From a virus (taxonomy: Duplodnaviria; Heunggongvirae; Uroviricota; Caudoviricetes), in the IMG/VR virus record IMGVR_UViG_2778261035_000013, positions 1 to 16,120 of that record: a stretch of DNA of 16,120 nucleotides. The stretch is one strand, 5' to 3'. Under the pieces are notes generated by a model. The model did no database searches. It was not told where the DNA came from and saw only the letters and a program-made list of their open reading frames with translations. Below are positions 7,626 through 15,668 of the stretch, in pieces. A program made the translations under genes and the position numbers. Position 1 is the stretch's first letter, and each line of letters opens with the position of its first letter.

Positions 7626-8498
7626 TTAAGAAAAGATTTTATTTTTGTACTCAGTAACCCGATTGTATTTCATTACATGCTCAACATAATCCCGGTCACT
7701 TACGACTGAACGTAATACATAATTATCTGCTCGATAGTACTCCCTGTAAGCCATGACTCTTGCCATTCCACCGTTATTTAATACATAACGATCAGTTGGA
7801 ACGCTACAACGGCTAATAATTTCATTCACAGAATCAGACAAAGATTTGAGTGCATCTGTAATAAATTTAATATCACGAACAACGTCACCGTCATTAAACA
7901 CAGAAATAAAATCAGCAGGGATCTGGCCGGATTGAGGAAATATGCTCAGTAAACGCTTCTCAACTCCCTTACCAATGTAGTTAACTTCATCGGCCAGTAC
8001 GCCCGGTAAAAGCTTGATTGTGCTCAGTCGGTTATGTTGCTCATTCAGCCGGGAAACAGCCAGATGGTAACACCGTTCAGCATCCGCTCGTTCAGCATGC
8101 CCCGTTTTATTCGTTTTGGCTTCAGCAATGCTACTGACGCCGTTTTTTGAGAATGTGCTTTTCCATGCAACTTCCGCATTTGTCACTTCACGCTGCCGGA
8201 AAGATAACTCTTCCTCTTCCTGACGACACAACTGGGCATACCGGCTTAGGAGTAGGTTGATCTCATTCGCCACAGCTTCCGTATCAGGTACTGTTAATCC
8301 CGTAAGTGAATACAGCTTTTCACCTTTAGCGCGCAGCTTATTTAATGAAAATATTTCAATAATTCGCACAATACATGCAGTGTCGCTATGAGTTTCTTTA
8401 AACGGACTTACTTTATAGTTTCCTAACACGGAAACATATTCATTCTTAATTGGAAGGGATATGTATTGACTCCCCGCCGGTTGTAGACGGTAATTCAT
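7626..8498 (-). CDS. hypothetical AT-rich protein (290 aa) immediately upstream of the capsid gene
   Basis: ATG with GAGGAG Shine-Dalgarno; 22-bp gap to the capsid gene; central region rich in charged/helical sequence (LLLSRYAQLCRQEEEELSFRQREV...); lower GC than flanking backbone. Confidence 0.6.
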   Translation of the reverse strand: MNYRLQPAGSQYISLPIKNEYVSVLGNYKVSPFKETHSDTACIVRIIEIFSLNKLRAKGEKLYSLTGLTVPDTEAVANEINLLLSRYAQLCRQEEEELSFRQREVTNAEVAWKSTFSKNGVSSIAEAKTNKTGHAERADAERCYHLAVSRLNEQHNRLSTIKLLPGVLADEVNYIGKGVEKRLLSIFPQSGQIPADFISVFNDGDVVRDIKFITDALKSLSDSVNEIISRCSVPTDRYVLNNGGMARVMAYREYYRADNYVLRSVVSDRDYVEHVMKYNRVTEYKNKIFS

Positions 8499-8534
8499 AT
8501 AAACTCCTCATAAATTCTTCTAATACTAATGTTT

Positions 8535-8735
8535 TTACTCTGAAGAATGACTATCACGCCAAGCATAGTAGTCACCAGCACGCCATCGGGACATACGACC
8601 TAACTTGATTGGTTTAGGAAAACGTCCCAGAGAAATCAGTTTATAAATCCATTTATCAGTAAACAGACAATCAGATGTAATGAATTTCATATCAATGAGC
8701 GAGTCAGCAGAAGGACGATTATCAGTAAACCCCAT
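8535..8735 (-). CDS. alpA: AlpA-family phage transcriptional regulator / excisionase-like (66 aa)
   Basis: Motif LGRFPKPIKLGRMSRWRAGDYYAW matches the AlpA FPKPxKLG...W signature. ATG at 8735 preceded by AGAGAGGAA; the ORF-track start at 8759 is a TTG extension. Confidence 0.75.
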   Translation of the reverse strand: MGFTDNRPSADSLIDMKFITSDCLFTDKWIYKLISLGRFPKPIKLGRMSRWRAGDYYAWRDSHSSE

Positions 8736-8800
8736 AATGAGTTCCTCTCTATGTATCAATCTATATCAACGAAGAGGATTAAAACATCGTTCAAAAACAT

Positions 8801-8835
8801 AAAAAAGGCGAGTAAGAAAAATTTCCTTACTCACC
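8801..8835 (-). terminator. rho-independent terminator after the int-proximal cargo gene
   Basis: Stem 8807..8816 / 8826..8835 (GGCGAGTAAG vs GGTGAGTAAG, one mismatch) with 9-nt loop, followed on the minus strand by TTTTTT (plus A-run 8801..8806). Confidence 0.5.
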
Positions 8836-8842
8836 AAAATTG

Positions 8843-9631
8843 TTAATTTTTTGTAAATGATGGTTTCTTGAATATAGATGATATTAGTTTGCTAATAATT
8901 GGGTGTGATAGCGGAGGCTCTTTTTTATCAGGCCAAAATTCCTCAGCCCGACTAAAGATAAGGTCAGCAAGGGCTGCTGCATTTTCCTTTCGGTATGCCA
9001 TGTCCTCTTTATAAAGATATAATGCTACACTTAGAATCTCATTTCTCTTGGTAGCATGTCTTTCTTGCTGTGCAATTGATAACGATTTATATTTATCATT
9101 AGAAACATCACCATTTAATATCAGATGCAATTTCTTTACATCTTCCCGCTCCAGGTACGCATCTCCCTCATATCCAAACCCATCATCATTTTTCCAGTCA
9201 ATTTGAATATATTTGACCATTTCAGAATAGGTGGTACCAGTAGGAGACAACAATGATGGGTACTCCGGGAACTGCCCCTCATAAAAAACGAAATCACTTT
9301 TAACTTTTGGTGGCATTTGGAAATAGCCTTTTGTACTCGCCAGCACTAGTTTTTTATCTTTTTTAACTTCATTAATCTTAATCAAACTAAACTCAGATAT
9401 ATAACTAAAACCATCTTTATCTTTTTTCAAAGAGTTTATATTCTGAATAAAAGAGTCCACATCTCTTACTTTATGCTTTGAAAAAGACCATCGCCCACAC
9501 ATTCTTAGCGACAATTGAATGTCTTTTTCATCCGCAATATAAATAACATCTTGCTCATCGCAGCCCAATATTTTAGCGGCCTCACTAATACTATAATGAG
9601 TTCTATGAAGCTTGAGAGTATTATTTACCAT
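8843..9631 (-). CDS. hypothetical AT-rich cargo protein (262 aa) between int and alpA
   Basis: ATG start 3 bp after the integrase stop; N-terminal helix-turn-helix-like stretch YSISEAAKILGCDEQDVIY; followed by a terminator; AT-rich. Confidence 0.6.
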   Translation of the reverse strand: MVNNTLKLHRTHYSISEAAKILGCDEQDVIYIADEKDIQLSLRMCGRWSFSKHKVRDVDSFIQNINSLKKDKDGFSYISEFSLIKINEVKKDKKLVLASTKGYFQMPPKVKSDFVFYEGQFPEYPSLLSPTGTTYSEMVKYIQIDWKNDDGFGYEGDAYLEREDVKKLHLILNGDVSNDKYKSLSIAQQERHATKRNEILSVALYLYKEDMAYRKENAAALADLIFSRAEEFWPDKKEPPLSHPIISKLISSIFKKPSFTKN

Positions 9632-9634
9632 TAC

Positions 9635-10816
9635 TCAAGACTCCGTTCCACCAATAAAATCACTGTACCATTGCATCATTTCCCGACGCCCATCAAGATA
9701 CTGAGCATGATTATATATCCCCCGAATAGCATTTTTATCCAAATGTGCAAGCTGGGTTTCAATCCATGCACTATTGAAGCCTTTTTCATGCAAAATAGTG
9801 CTCATTGTGTGTCTGAAACCATGGCCAGTAACTCGGCCAGCATATCCAATACGCTTAAAGACCTGATTAATACTGGCCTCACTCATGCACTTACTTGGAT
9901 CGTTGCGCCCTGGAAACATCAAAGGATAGTTTCCAGTCAGTTCTTTTAATGTTTCAAGATGGGCTAATGCTTGATTTGAAAGCGGCACAATATGAGCACG
10001 TCGCATTTTCATACGTTCTTTAGGAATCTCCCACACCGCATTATCAAAATCCACCTCACGCCACTCACCTGCTCTTAGTTCTCCTGTTCTTAGACCCGTC
10101 AGGATAAGTAAATGTGCCCCCAGCAATACAATTGGGCTTCCTGAATAAGCGTTAAGGGCAGTAAAGAACTCCGGCAGCTCGTTGGCTTTGAGGAATGGAT
10201 AGTGGACTGCTTCATGTCCTTGCATCGCACTGGCAAGATCCGGTGCAGGATTGTAGATTGCTCTACCCGTTACGATGGCATAGCGGAAAACTTCACCGCA
10301 TCGCTGACGGACTTTCTTCGCTTTCTCCATAGCGCCTCGTGCTTCTATCAACCTCAGTACTTCAAGAAGTTCTAGGGGCTGAATATCGGCTATAGGTTTG
10401 TGTCCAATATGCGGGAAAATGTCTTTCTCAAACGCCTCAATGATGTCTGAAGCATAGCCCTCAGACCATTTGGGAGATTTCATTTTGTGCCACTCTAACG
10501 CCACTTCTCTGAATGGGTTAAGTGTCTCGATCGCTGCGTTTAAAGCATGCTTCTTTGCTTTTTTCACTTCGCCAGGATCTTCACCTGCTGCGAGTAGTTT
10601 CTTTGCGTCTTCGCGTTTTTGTCTGGCATCTGCGAGGGTGACTGTTGGATAGACACCAAAGGACAAGCGCTTCTCTTTACCAGCAAAACGGTACTTCATA
10701 CGCCAGTAACGCGAGCCATTAGGTTCAACCTGAAGGTACAGGCCACCTCCATCAGATAGCTTATAGCTCTTCTCTTTTCCTTTAGCGGCTTCAACCTTGC
10801 GAGCATTCAGCATCAT
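9635..10816 (-). CDS. int: P4-family tyrosine integrase
   Basis: N-terminus KSYKLSDGGGLYLQVEPNGSRYWRMKYRFAGKEK typical of P4-type integrases; C-terminal catalytic region with ...HGFRHT... and ...LAHLD...YNHAQY... consistent with the R/H/R/Y tyrosine-recombinase motifs; adjacent to the tRNA fragment. Start placed at the ATG at 10816; the ORF-track start at 10885 is TTG. Confidence 0.9.
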   Translation of the reverse strand: MMLNARKVEAAKGKEKSYKLSDGGGLYLQVEPNGSRYWRMKYRFAGKEKRLSFGVYPTVTLADARQKREDAKKLLAAGEDPGEVKKAKKHALNAAIETLNPFREVALEWHKMKSPKWSEGYASDIIEAFEKDIFPHIGHKPIADIQPLELLEVLRLIEARGAMEKAKKVRQRCGEVFRYAIVTGRAIYNPAPDLASAMQGHEAVHYPFLKANELPEFFTALNAYSGSPIVLLGAHLLILTGLRTGELRAGEWREVDFDNAVWEIPKERMKMRRAHIVPLSNQALAHLETLKELTGNYPLMFPGRNDPSKCMSEASINQVFKRIGYAGRVTGHGFRHTMSTILHEKGFNSAWIETQLAHLDKNAIRGIYNHAQYLDGRREMMQWYSDFIGGTES

Positions 10817-10980
10817 TGGGGGCACATTTCCTAGACCGAACAGAACATGCCCCCGATTGTGCCCCCAATTGTATGTTGATTTCAAGAGATAGGGGTTGAC
10901 GTCAAATGACGAAGAATCGCGTAATATCTATGTTTTTAAAGGGCTTTGTTGATTTGAGATGACTTGGAAATACTAAGGGA

Positions 10981-11026
10981 TGGTGCCGATAATAGGAGTC
11001 GAACCTACGACCTTCGCATTACGAAT
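10981..11026 (-). other. 46-nt 3' fragment of tRNA-Thr(CGU) (thrW-like): att core / displaced tRNA 3' end, not an intact tRNA
   Basis: Minus strand reads ATTCGTAATGCGAAGGTCGTAGGTTCGACTCCTATTATCGGCACCA, matching a thrW-type tRNA from the anticodon loop to the CCA end; the match breaks at 11027, so the 5' half of the tRNA is absent. Confidence 0.7.
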
Positions 11027-11356
11027 TATAAGAATCCGATTCTAATTCAAAGCATTACCCCATCAACACTGCGCTCACACGTCCCACCACATCAAAACAT
11101 GTAAAGCCTTGCAAGCCATTGTGAGGCCTTATGTGTCTCAGTTTTGTCCCATCTTGTATTACGACTCGCATAGCTAATGAAGATAAACGTGACGACAAAC
11201 GGCGAAGCAGTCTTCTTTTCTTTCGCTGCTTCCCCACACCCAGCATGCATACCTTTCCGTCATAACTGAAGTGAATGTCTGTTATGAGCGAGGAGCGGAC
11301 CTTGAATGAAGCACAAACATCCTATAGCTCCTATTATCAAAATGCGTGAGCAAAAA

Positions 11357-12172
11357 TTAATTGATATTTTGGGATATTTCTCTCAAGTATGGTTCAACCT
11401 CTGGGCGTTGCATATGATGCTTCATTGAGTCAAGAAAGGTTATGGGGGTTTGCATTACATCTACTTTAGATTTATTTTTCCTAATGAGAGTCATTCCTTT
11501 GCAAGTTTCTAAATATTCCTTAACTAAAGCTTTCTTTCGATTTCTATGCAAATCGCCTTTAAAAGCTAGAATATGAAAAATTGCGGCACCAATTACAATC
11601 TGTTTCACCGCGCATTCGGATGATTCGAATTCGCCCCATGAAATTCGACCAAAGAAAGGATTCGCATATCCAGAAGGATGCGCTTTGAGGTTATGGCCAT
11701 ATTTTAGCATTTCCGATGGTGTCAATTTTAATGGTTTAAACAACCCAGCCGAAATTGCAAAGTCTGAAAAGTCAGAACTCAACCCCAAAATAACATCTTT
11801 GTATTTATCAAAAAAAGACAATTTCTTCTCACTAGCCCTAGATGAATTAAATGCAACTTTAAGTAGCCAGCGAGAAAGCAAGCTATAATTATAATCGATA
11901 TTAACTTTTTCTTTTAAAAAACACTCTGTAAAGAAACCAGAGCGCTCTAGCATATTTTTGACATAACCATCTAAATTACATAGAACTACGTTATTACAAT
12001 GAAAACAAACATCTTTTATTTTAGCCTCACCACTTATCATTTTTTTTGATTTTTCTTGCCATCCTATAGTTTTCCCAGATGCTGTACTATATTGATATTC
12101 ATAGATGAAAGACGGGAGTATATGTTCTCTAGTCATTTTCCCTTCCTGACCACAATATATGCAAGTGCTCAT
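11357..12172 (-). CDS. hypothetical AT-rich protein (271 aa) with N-terminal HNH-like nuclease motif
   Basis: CIYCGQEGKMTREHILPSF...VCFHCNNVVLC gives a CxxC...EH...CxxC-N HNH-like arrangement in the first ~65 aa; ATG with AAGGA RBS; AT-rich. Confidence 0.6.
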   Translation of the reverse strand: MSTCIYCGQEGKMTREHILPSFIYEYQYSTASGKTIGWQEKSKKMISGEAKIKDVCFHCNNVVLCNLDGYVKNMLERSGFFTECFLKEKVNIDYNYSLLSRWLLKVAFNSSRASEKKLSFFDKYKDVILGLSSDFSDFAISAGLFKPLKLTPSEMLKYGHNLKAHPSGYANPFFGRISWGEFESSECAVKQIVIGAAIFHILAFKGDLHRNRKKALVKEYLETCKGMTLIRKNKSKVDVMQTPITFLDSMKHHMQRPEVEPYLREISQNIN

Positions 12173-12497
12173 CTTATTCCTTTATCAAAGATATAATAAC
12201 TAAAATTCGATTATAACAATTAAAAACTCGCGTTAGTAGTTGTTAACTTATCAATAAACAGTTTCTCAATTATTAGTCAGCATCATCAGAAGAAACCCCT
12301 CTCCAAAGATAATTTTATAAAATAATATAAATGTCCACGCCTGGCACGGAGTAGACTGGCTATCTAAGCTAAAGGTCTGCTGTGAGCGAAAAGCTGACAG
12401 GACGTAGTTTCTTGTTTAAAGAATCAGTTAAGGCATTAAAAATAGATGTAACCAGAGCCAAGGTATAATATCCTGGCTCTATTTACACTTGCGTACA

Positions 12498-13202
12498 TTA
12501 TTCTTGCTTTTTGGGAGGTTTTGGGTGTTTCTCAGGTAATTTTTCTGCAATCTTAAATACCCCCTCATCTTTTAGTATTGTTCGCATTACAAAATTTTCT
12601 ATAATTACCAAAAGTGATTTAAATTCAGCTTCGTTCGGTGACCATGCCCTGTGTGCTGCTGAGTTGCCAGCTTCGGTTACAATTTTAAGTTGGCTCCTTT
12701 CTGTTTCCCCAATAAAACCTTCCTCTTTAAGAATGTCAACCTTCTGGCCTAATGTATGTCCTGGGTGAATATTTAAAACTTCGACTGTTCTGTCAAAAAT
12801 AGTTCTGAGCCCAATTGCCGCTAAAATGAGTGATTTATTTTGAAATGCAATATACATTTCGTTCATTATCACATAAAGCTGATAATCTTTGCTTAATATC
12901 TCGCCAAACCAAGTGGGTCTAATCTCTTCTTGCTCTTGCGTAGGATATGTTGATATATGATAGTTATATACTATACAATCATAGCCTGACTCATCTCTTT
13001 CATAGTCGTAATCTTCACTATGACGGGATTTAATATATGTAAATATTCCGTCGCATCCCATGCACTCTAATAATTTGTATTCACTTTCAGCCCAAAAATA
13101 GTTGTCCCCATCCCCCTCGCTCCATTCTCTTTTTTTATAACCTATTGTGTGACAATTTTTTTCACCTTTACAGTATGGACAAGGCGCTTTGATTTTTTCC
13201 AT
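12498..13202 (-). CDS. hypothetical AT-rich protein (234 aa) with N-terminal zinc ribbon
   Basis: CPYCKGEKNCH...CMGCDG Cys cluster; C-terminal region with a GNSAAH motif loosely reminiscent of DUF4145/HEPN-like domains (unverified); ATG start without a clear Shine-Dalgarno. Confidence 0.5.
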   Translation of the reverse strand: MEKIKAPCPYCKGEKNCHTIGYKKREWSEGDGDNYFWAESEYKLLECMGCDGIFTYIKSRHSEDYDYERDESGYDCIVYNYHISTYPTQEQEEIRPTWFGEILSKDYQLYVIMNEMYIAFQNKSLILAAIGLRTIFDRTVEVLNIHPGHTLGQKVDILKEEGFIGETERSQLKIVTEAGNSAAHRAWSPNEAEFKSLLVIIENFVMRTILKDEGVFKIAEKLPEKHPKPPKKQE

Positions 13203-13572
13203 AATAATTATTCTGCCAATTAAATTAATATTGATATGACATATATGCCAATGATTTATAAACGATAAATTGACTATTCACTTTACTACAATAATTTTCA
13301 TATGAGTAGTGATAAGCCTCTCATTTTCTTTGTCGTAGATTGATCTGCTCTGTATCGATTAACACCGAATGGGGGAGTAGCTTCCGCTTTTGGCACATAG
13401 TAGTCCTAGAGACAGTGACGTAAAGTCATGGAGGATCGGTGGGAGGAGGTGCTAATCCTTTCATACAAAAAATATGTAAAATCAATAACGGCTGTAAATC
13501 ATTCAATACTCGCACTATCGGAAGTTCACCAGCCAGCCGCAGCACGTTCTTGCATACGACGAGCCTGCGGTT

Positions 13573-14127
13573 TCATTTATCTCCGACCGGAAACATCTTA
13601 TACAGTGTCGATACACCAACATCATAGATGATCGCCACCTTTTGGCGAGGAACGCCTGATGCAATTAATCGCCCGGCCTGCGCCCATTGTTCTGGTGTAA
13701 GTTTGGGACGACGTCCACCAATTCGTCCCTGCGCGCGAGCAGCTTCCAGTCCAGCTTTTGTTCGTTCAACAATCAGTTCTCGTTCCATTTCAGCCAAGGC
13801 ACCCATCACATGAAAGAAAAAACGCCCCATCGGTGTGCTGGTATCAATAGCATCCGTCAGGCTGCGAAAATTAACGCCACGTTCGCGCAACTCCTCAACT
13901 AGAATGACCAAATGCCGCATACTACGCCCCAGCCGATCCAGCTTCCAGACAACCAGTGTGTCACCTGCCGATAATGTCCTGAGCAGTTTTTTCAGTCCGG
14001 GCCTTTCGGACTTCGTACCGCTTATCTTGTCTTCAAAAATCAGCTCGCATCCTGCACAGTTCAGCGCATTACGTTGTAGATCTGTGTTCTGGTCATTTGT
14101 TGACACACGTACATAGCCAATAAGCAT
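13573..14127 (-). CDS. pin: Pin/Gin/Hin-family serine DNA invertase
   Basis: MLIGYVRVSTNDQNTDLQ...LVVWKLDRLGRSM...FRSLTD...MGRFFFHVMGALAEMERELI matches e14 Pin / Mu Gin (catalytic Ser in VRVST). Start placed at the ATG at 14127; the ORF-track start at 14163 is an upstream extension. Confidence 0.9.
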   Translation of the reverse strand: MLIGYVRVSTNDQNTDLQRNALNCAGCELIFEDKISGTKSERPGLKKLLRTLSAGDTLVVWKLDRLGRSMRHLVILVEELRERGVNFRSLTDAIDTSTPMGRFFFHVMGALAEMERELIVERTKAGLEAARAQGRIGGRRPKLTPEQWAQAGRLIASGVPRQKVAIIYDVGVSTLYKMFPVGDK

Positions 14128-14181
14128 GGTAGATCTCCCTGACAAAAGCAGGAATGATGCCATTTGCTCGTTATTTCTGCA

Positions 14182-14207
14182 TTTTCATAAACGTTGGTTT
14201 GAGAGAA
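14182..14207. other. left crossover site (pix/gix/hix-like) of the invertible segment
   Basis: TTTTCATAAACG TT GGTTTGAGAGAA has the 12+2+12 quasi-palindromic layout of Hin-family sites (compare hix TTATCAAAAACC AA GGTTTTTGATAA). Its inner half is an inverted repeat of the window end: the first 13 nt, GGTTTGAGAGAAG, match the reverse complement of 16108..16120 at 12 of 13. Confidence 0.55.
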
Positions 14208-14648
14208 GCGGCAAAACGAAATGTGGGCAACGGGGAAAACCAAATCCCTGATATGTCTTTCTGGACGGTTACTGGTGGCAATGGAAATTTTGTGATTCGT
14301 CAACCTGACGGGCTAATCATTCAGATGGTTACTGTAAGTATAAGCGGTCCAGTGGCGATGAATGGAATGACTGATAATGCTTATGCCATTACAGGTTCTA
14401 ATAAGTCTTATATTGCCACAGCCACATTGCCCTTTGTATTTCCTAATAAGGTGCTGGGCGTTATCCCTCTGGTATCAACAACAGCTTATGGTGGTGTATC
14501 CAGTAATATTACAGGTTCATACGCGACGGCGGTTTGTTCTTTTGCCGCTGTCAGGGGGAATAATACGATTGTGTTCAAAGTCGACAAACCACTGAATGCA
14601 GCCTTTCCTTCAGATACCAGCGTCTCAGCGTTAATCATTGGACGGTAA
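14196..14648 (+). CDS. tail fibre variable C-terminal cassette (currently promoterless/silent orientation)
   Basis: Reading frame begins inside the left crossover site (GLREAAKRNVGNGEN...); the upstream in-frame codons of the ORF-track ORF (from 14154) lie in the pin promoter region; followed directly by a tail-fibre assembly gene. Confidence 0.6.
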   Translation, partial: GLREAAKRNVGNGENQIPDMSFWTVTGGNGNFVIRQPDGLIIQMVTVSISGPVAMNGMTDNAYAITGSNKSYIATATLPFVFPNKVLGVIPLVSTTAYGGVSSNITGSYATAVCSFAAVRGNNTIVFKVDKPLNAAFPSDTSVSALIIGR

Positions 14649-14650
14649 TA

Positions 14651-15094
14651 ATGAACTCAGTATTCTTTTCACCCGGAAGTAAAAGTTTTTATCTGCAAGA
14701 ATTGTTTCCAGAATATGAGGATGCGGGAACGCTTCCTGATGATGTTATTGAAATTACCAGAGAAACATATGAGCAATTTCTTGGTCTGCATCCAGAAGGG
14801 AAAGAAATTGGCGCTGACAGTTCAGGACGGCCAATATGGATTAATTCCCCACCCCCTTCAAAAGAGGATGAGGTGTTGACGGCTGAAATGAAAAAAATAT
14901 CTTTGGTTTCAGAAGTCAATACCTACATCAATACCCATCAGTGGCCTGGCAAAGCTGCTATTGGTCGTCTGAAAGGCGAGGAACTGGCGCAATATAATTC
15001 GTGGCTGGATTATCTGGACGCACTGGAACTGGTCGATACTTCCTGTGCGCCAGATATTGAATGGCCTACGCCTCCGGCAGTTCAGGCCAGATGA
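14651..15094 (+). CDS. tail fibre assembly protein (147 aa) of the silent cassette
   Basis: ATG 2 nt after the upstream stop; C-terminal half AAIGRLKGEELAQYNSWLDYLDALELVDTSCAPDIEWPTPP parallels the C-terminus of the opposite assembly protein (TRLNAVLDYIDAVTATNTSTAPDVIWPELP). Confidence 0.7.
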   Translation: MNSVFFSPGSKSFYLQELFPEYEDAGTLPDDVIEITRETYEQFLGLHPEGKEIGADSSGRPIWINSPPPSKEDEVLTAEMKKISLVSEVNTYINTHQWPGKAAIGRLKGEELAQYNSWLDYLDALELVDTSCAPDIEWPTPPAVQAR

Positions 15095-15668
15095 CATCCG
15101 GCGCTGTGCTGGTATTTGTTGCCGTCACCGCGTCAATGTAATCCAGCACAGCGTTAAGCCGGGTTGTTTCTGCCTGCATCAGCTTCCGTCCGGCCTGTAA
15201 TTTCAGCTGAATCAGACCGATGGAAGCCATTGCAGCATCAATCAGTGACTGACGCTGTGCTTCTGCCGCGTCTACTGCGGCGCTATGCTGTGCCTCAGTA
15301 TCGGTCACCCATTTCTCACCATCCCATTTATCGTATGGCGTTAATGGGGCAATAGTGGTTGTATTTTCGGGGTAATCACCCGGTGCTGTGATCTGTTTTG
15401 ATTCTCCCGTTTCGGTGTTATAGACGATTTCACCGCGATGGTCTGGCACATATTCCCATGAATTTAAATTCACAGAACGACAGATAGCATAACCTGCCTT
15501 ATGTATACCTGGTGCATCCAGACAGGAATATGCCGGGATACCAACACCAACGGCAAGATATTCACTTGAAGTGGAAATATATTCCCGAGTTTCACCATCA
15601 TAGTTATAAACGGTAATATCCCCTGCCTTTGTAGCAACAAGTCCACTATTTAATATTGCTTTATCCAT
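15066..15668 (-). CDS. tail fibre assembly protein (200 aa) of the expressed cassette
   Basis: ATG overlaps the stop of the upstream fibre ORF (TAATG); Tfa/U-like size and C-terminal motif; convergent 29-bp overlap with the other assembly gene. Confidence 0.75.
   Translation of the reverse strand: MDKAILNSGLVATKAGDITVYNYDGETREYISTSSEYLAVGVGIPAYSCLDAPGIHKAGYAICRSVNLNSWEYVPDHRGEIVYNTETGESKQITAPGDYPENTTTIAPLTPYDKWDGEKWVTDTEAQHSAAVDAAEAQRQSLIDAAMASIGLIQLKLQAGRKLMQAETTRLNAVLDYIDAVTATNTSTAPDVIWPELPEA

Larger units (their letters stand above)
1..11026. mobile_element. P4-related satellite / integrase-associated island (partial; distal end lies beyond window start)
   Basis: tRNA-Thr 3' fragment next to a P4-family integrase, AlpA, alpha-type primase-helicase with downstream iteron array, Ogr/Delta-like activator and P4-style RNA immunity leader; all genes on minus strand; AT-rich cargo insertions. 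Confidence 0.7.

Noticed and set aside
9515-9949. 144-aa plus-strand ORF
   Set aside because: Antisense to the integrase/cargo gene junction, with no RBS and a low-complexity AT-rich translation.
8736-10885. Longer N-terminal extensions of AlpA (to 8759) and integrase (to 10885) given by the ORF track
   Set aside because: Both extensions begin with TTG and lack an RBS, whereas internal ATGs (8735; 10816) give N-termini matching the family pattern.
10981-11026. Intact tRNA gene
   Set aside because: Only the 3' 46 nt match tRNA-Thr; the sequence 5' of the anticodon stem diverges completely, so no acceptor/D-arm pairing partner exists.
11055-11246. 63-aa minus-strand ORF just right of the att fragment
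   Set aside because: Arg/Leu-rich low-complexity translation with no RBS; likely non-coding junction sequence.
13428-13902. Short plus-strand ORFs around and inside pin
   Set aside because: They overlap the conserved invertase reading frame on the opposite strand or lie in the AT-rich spacer, with no RBS.
14230-14255. Alternative left crossover site (ACGGGGAAAACC AA ATCCCTGATATG)
   Set aside because: It has some hix-like features, but the site at 14182..14207 has better dyad symmetry and its inner half is an inverted repeat of the window end; the 14230 region is more likely just coding sequence of the fibre tip.
14061-15097. Minus-strand ORFs overlapping the plus-strand fibre cassette (14061..14303, 14689..14919, 14909..15097) and the plus-strand 14377..14595 ORF
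   Set aside because: Out-of-frame or antisense overlaps of the tail-fibre and assembly genes; no independent support.
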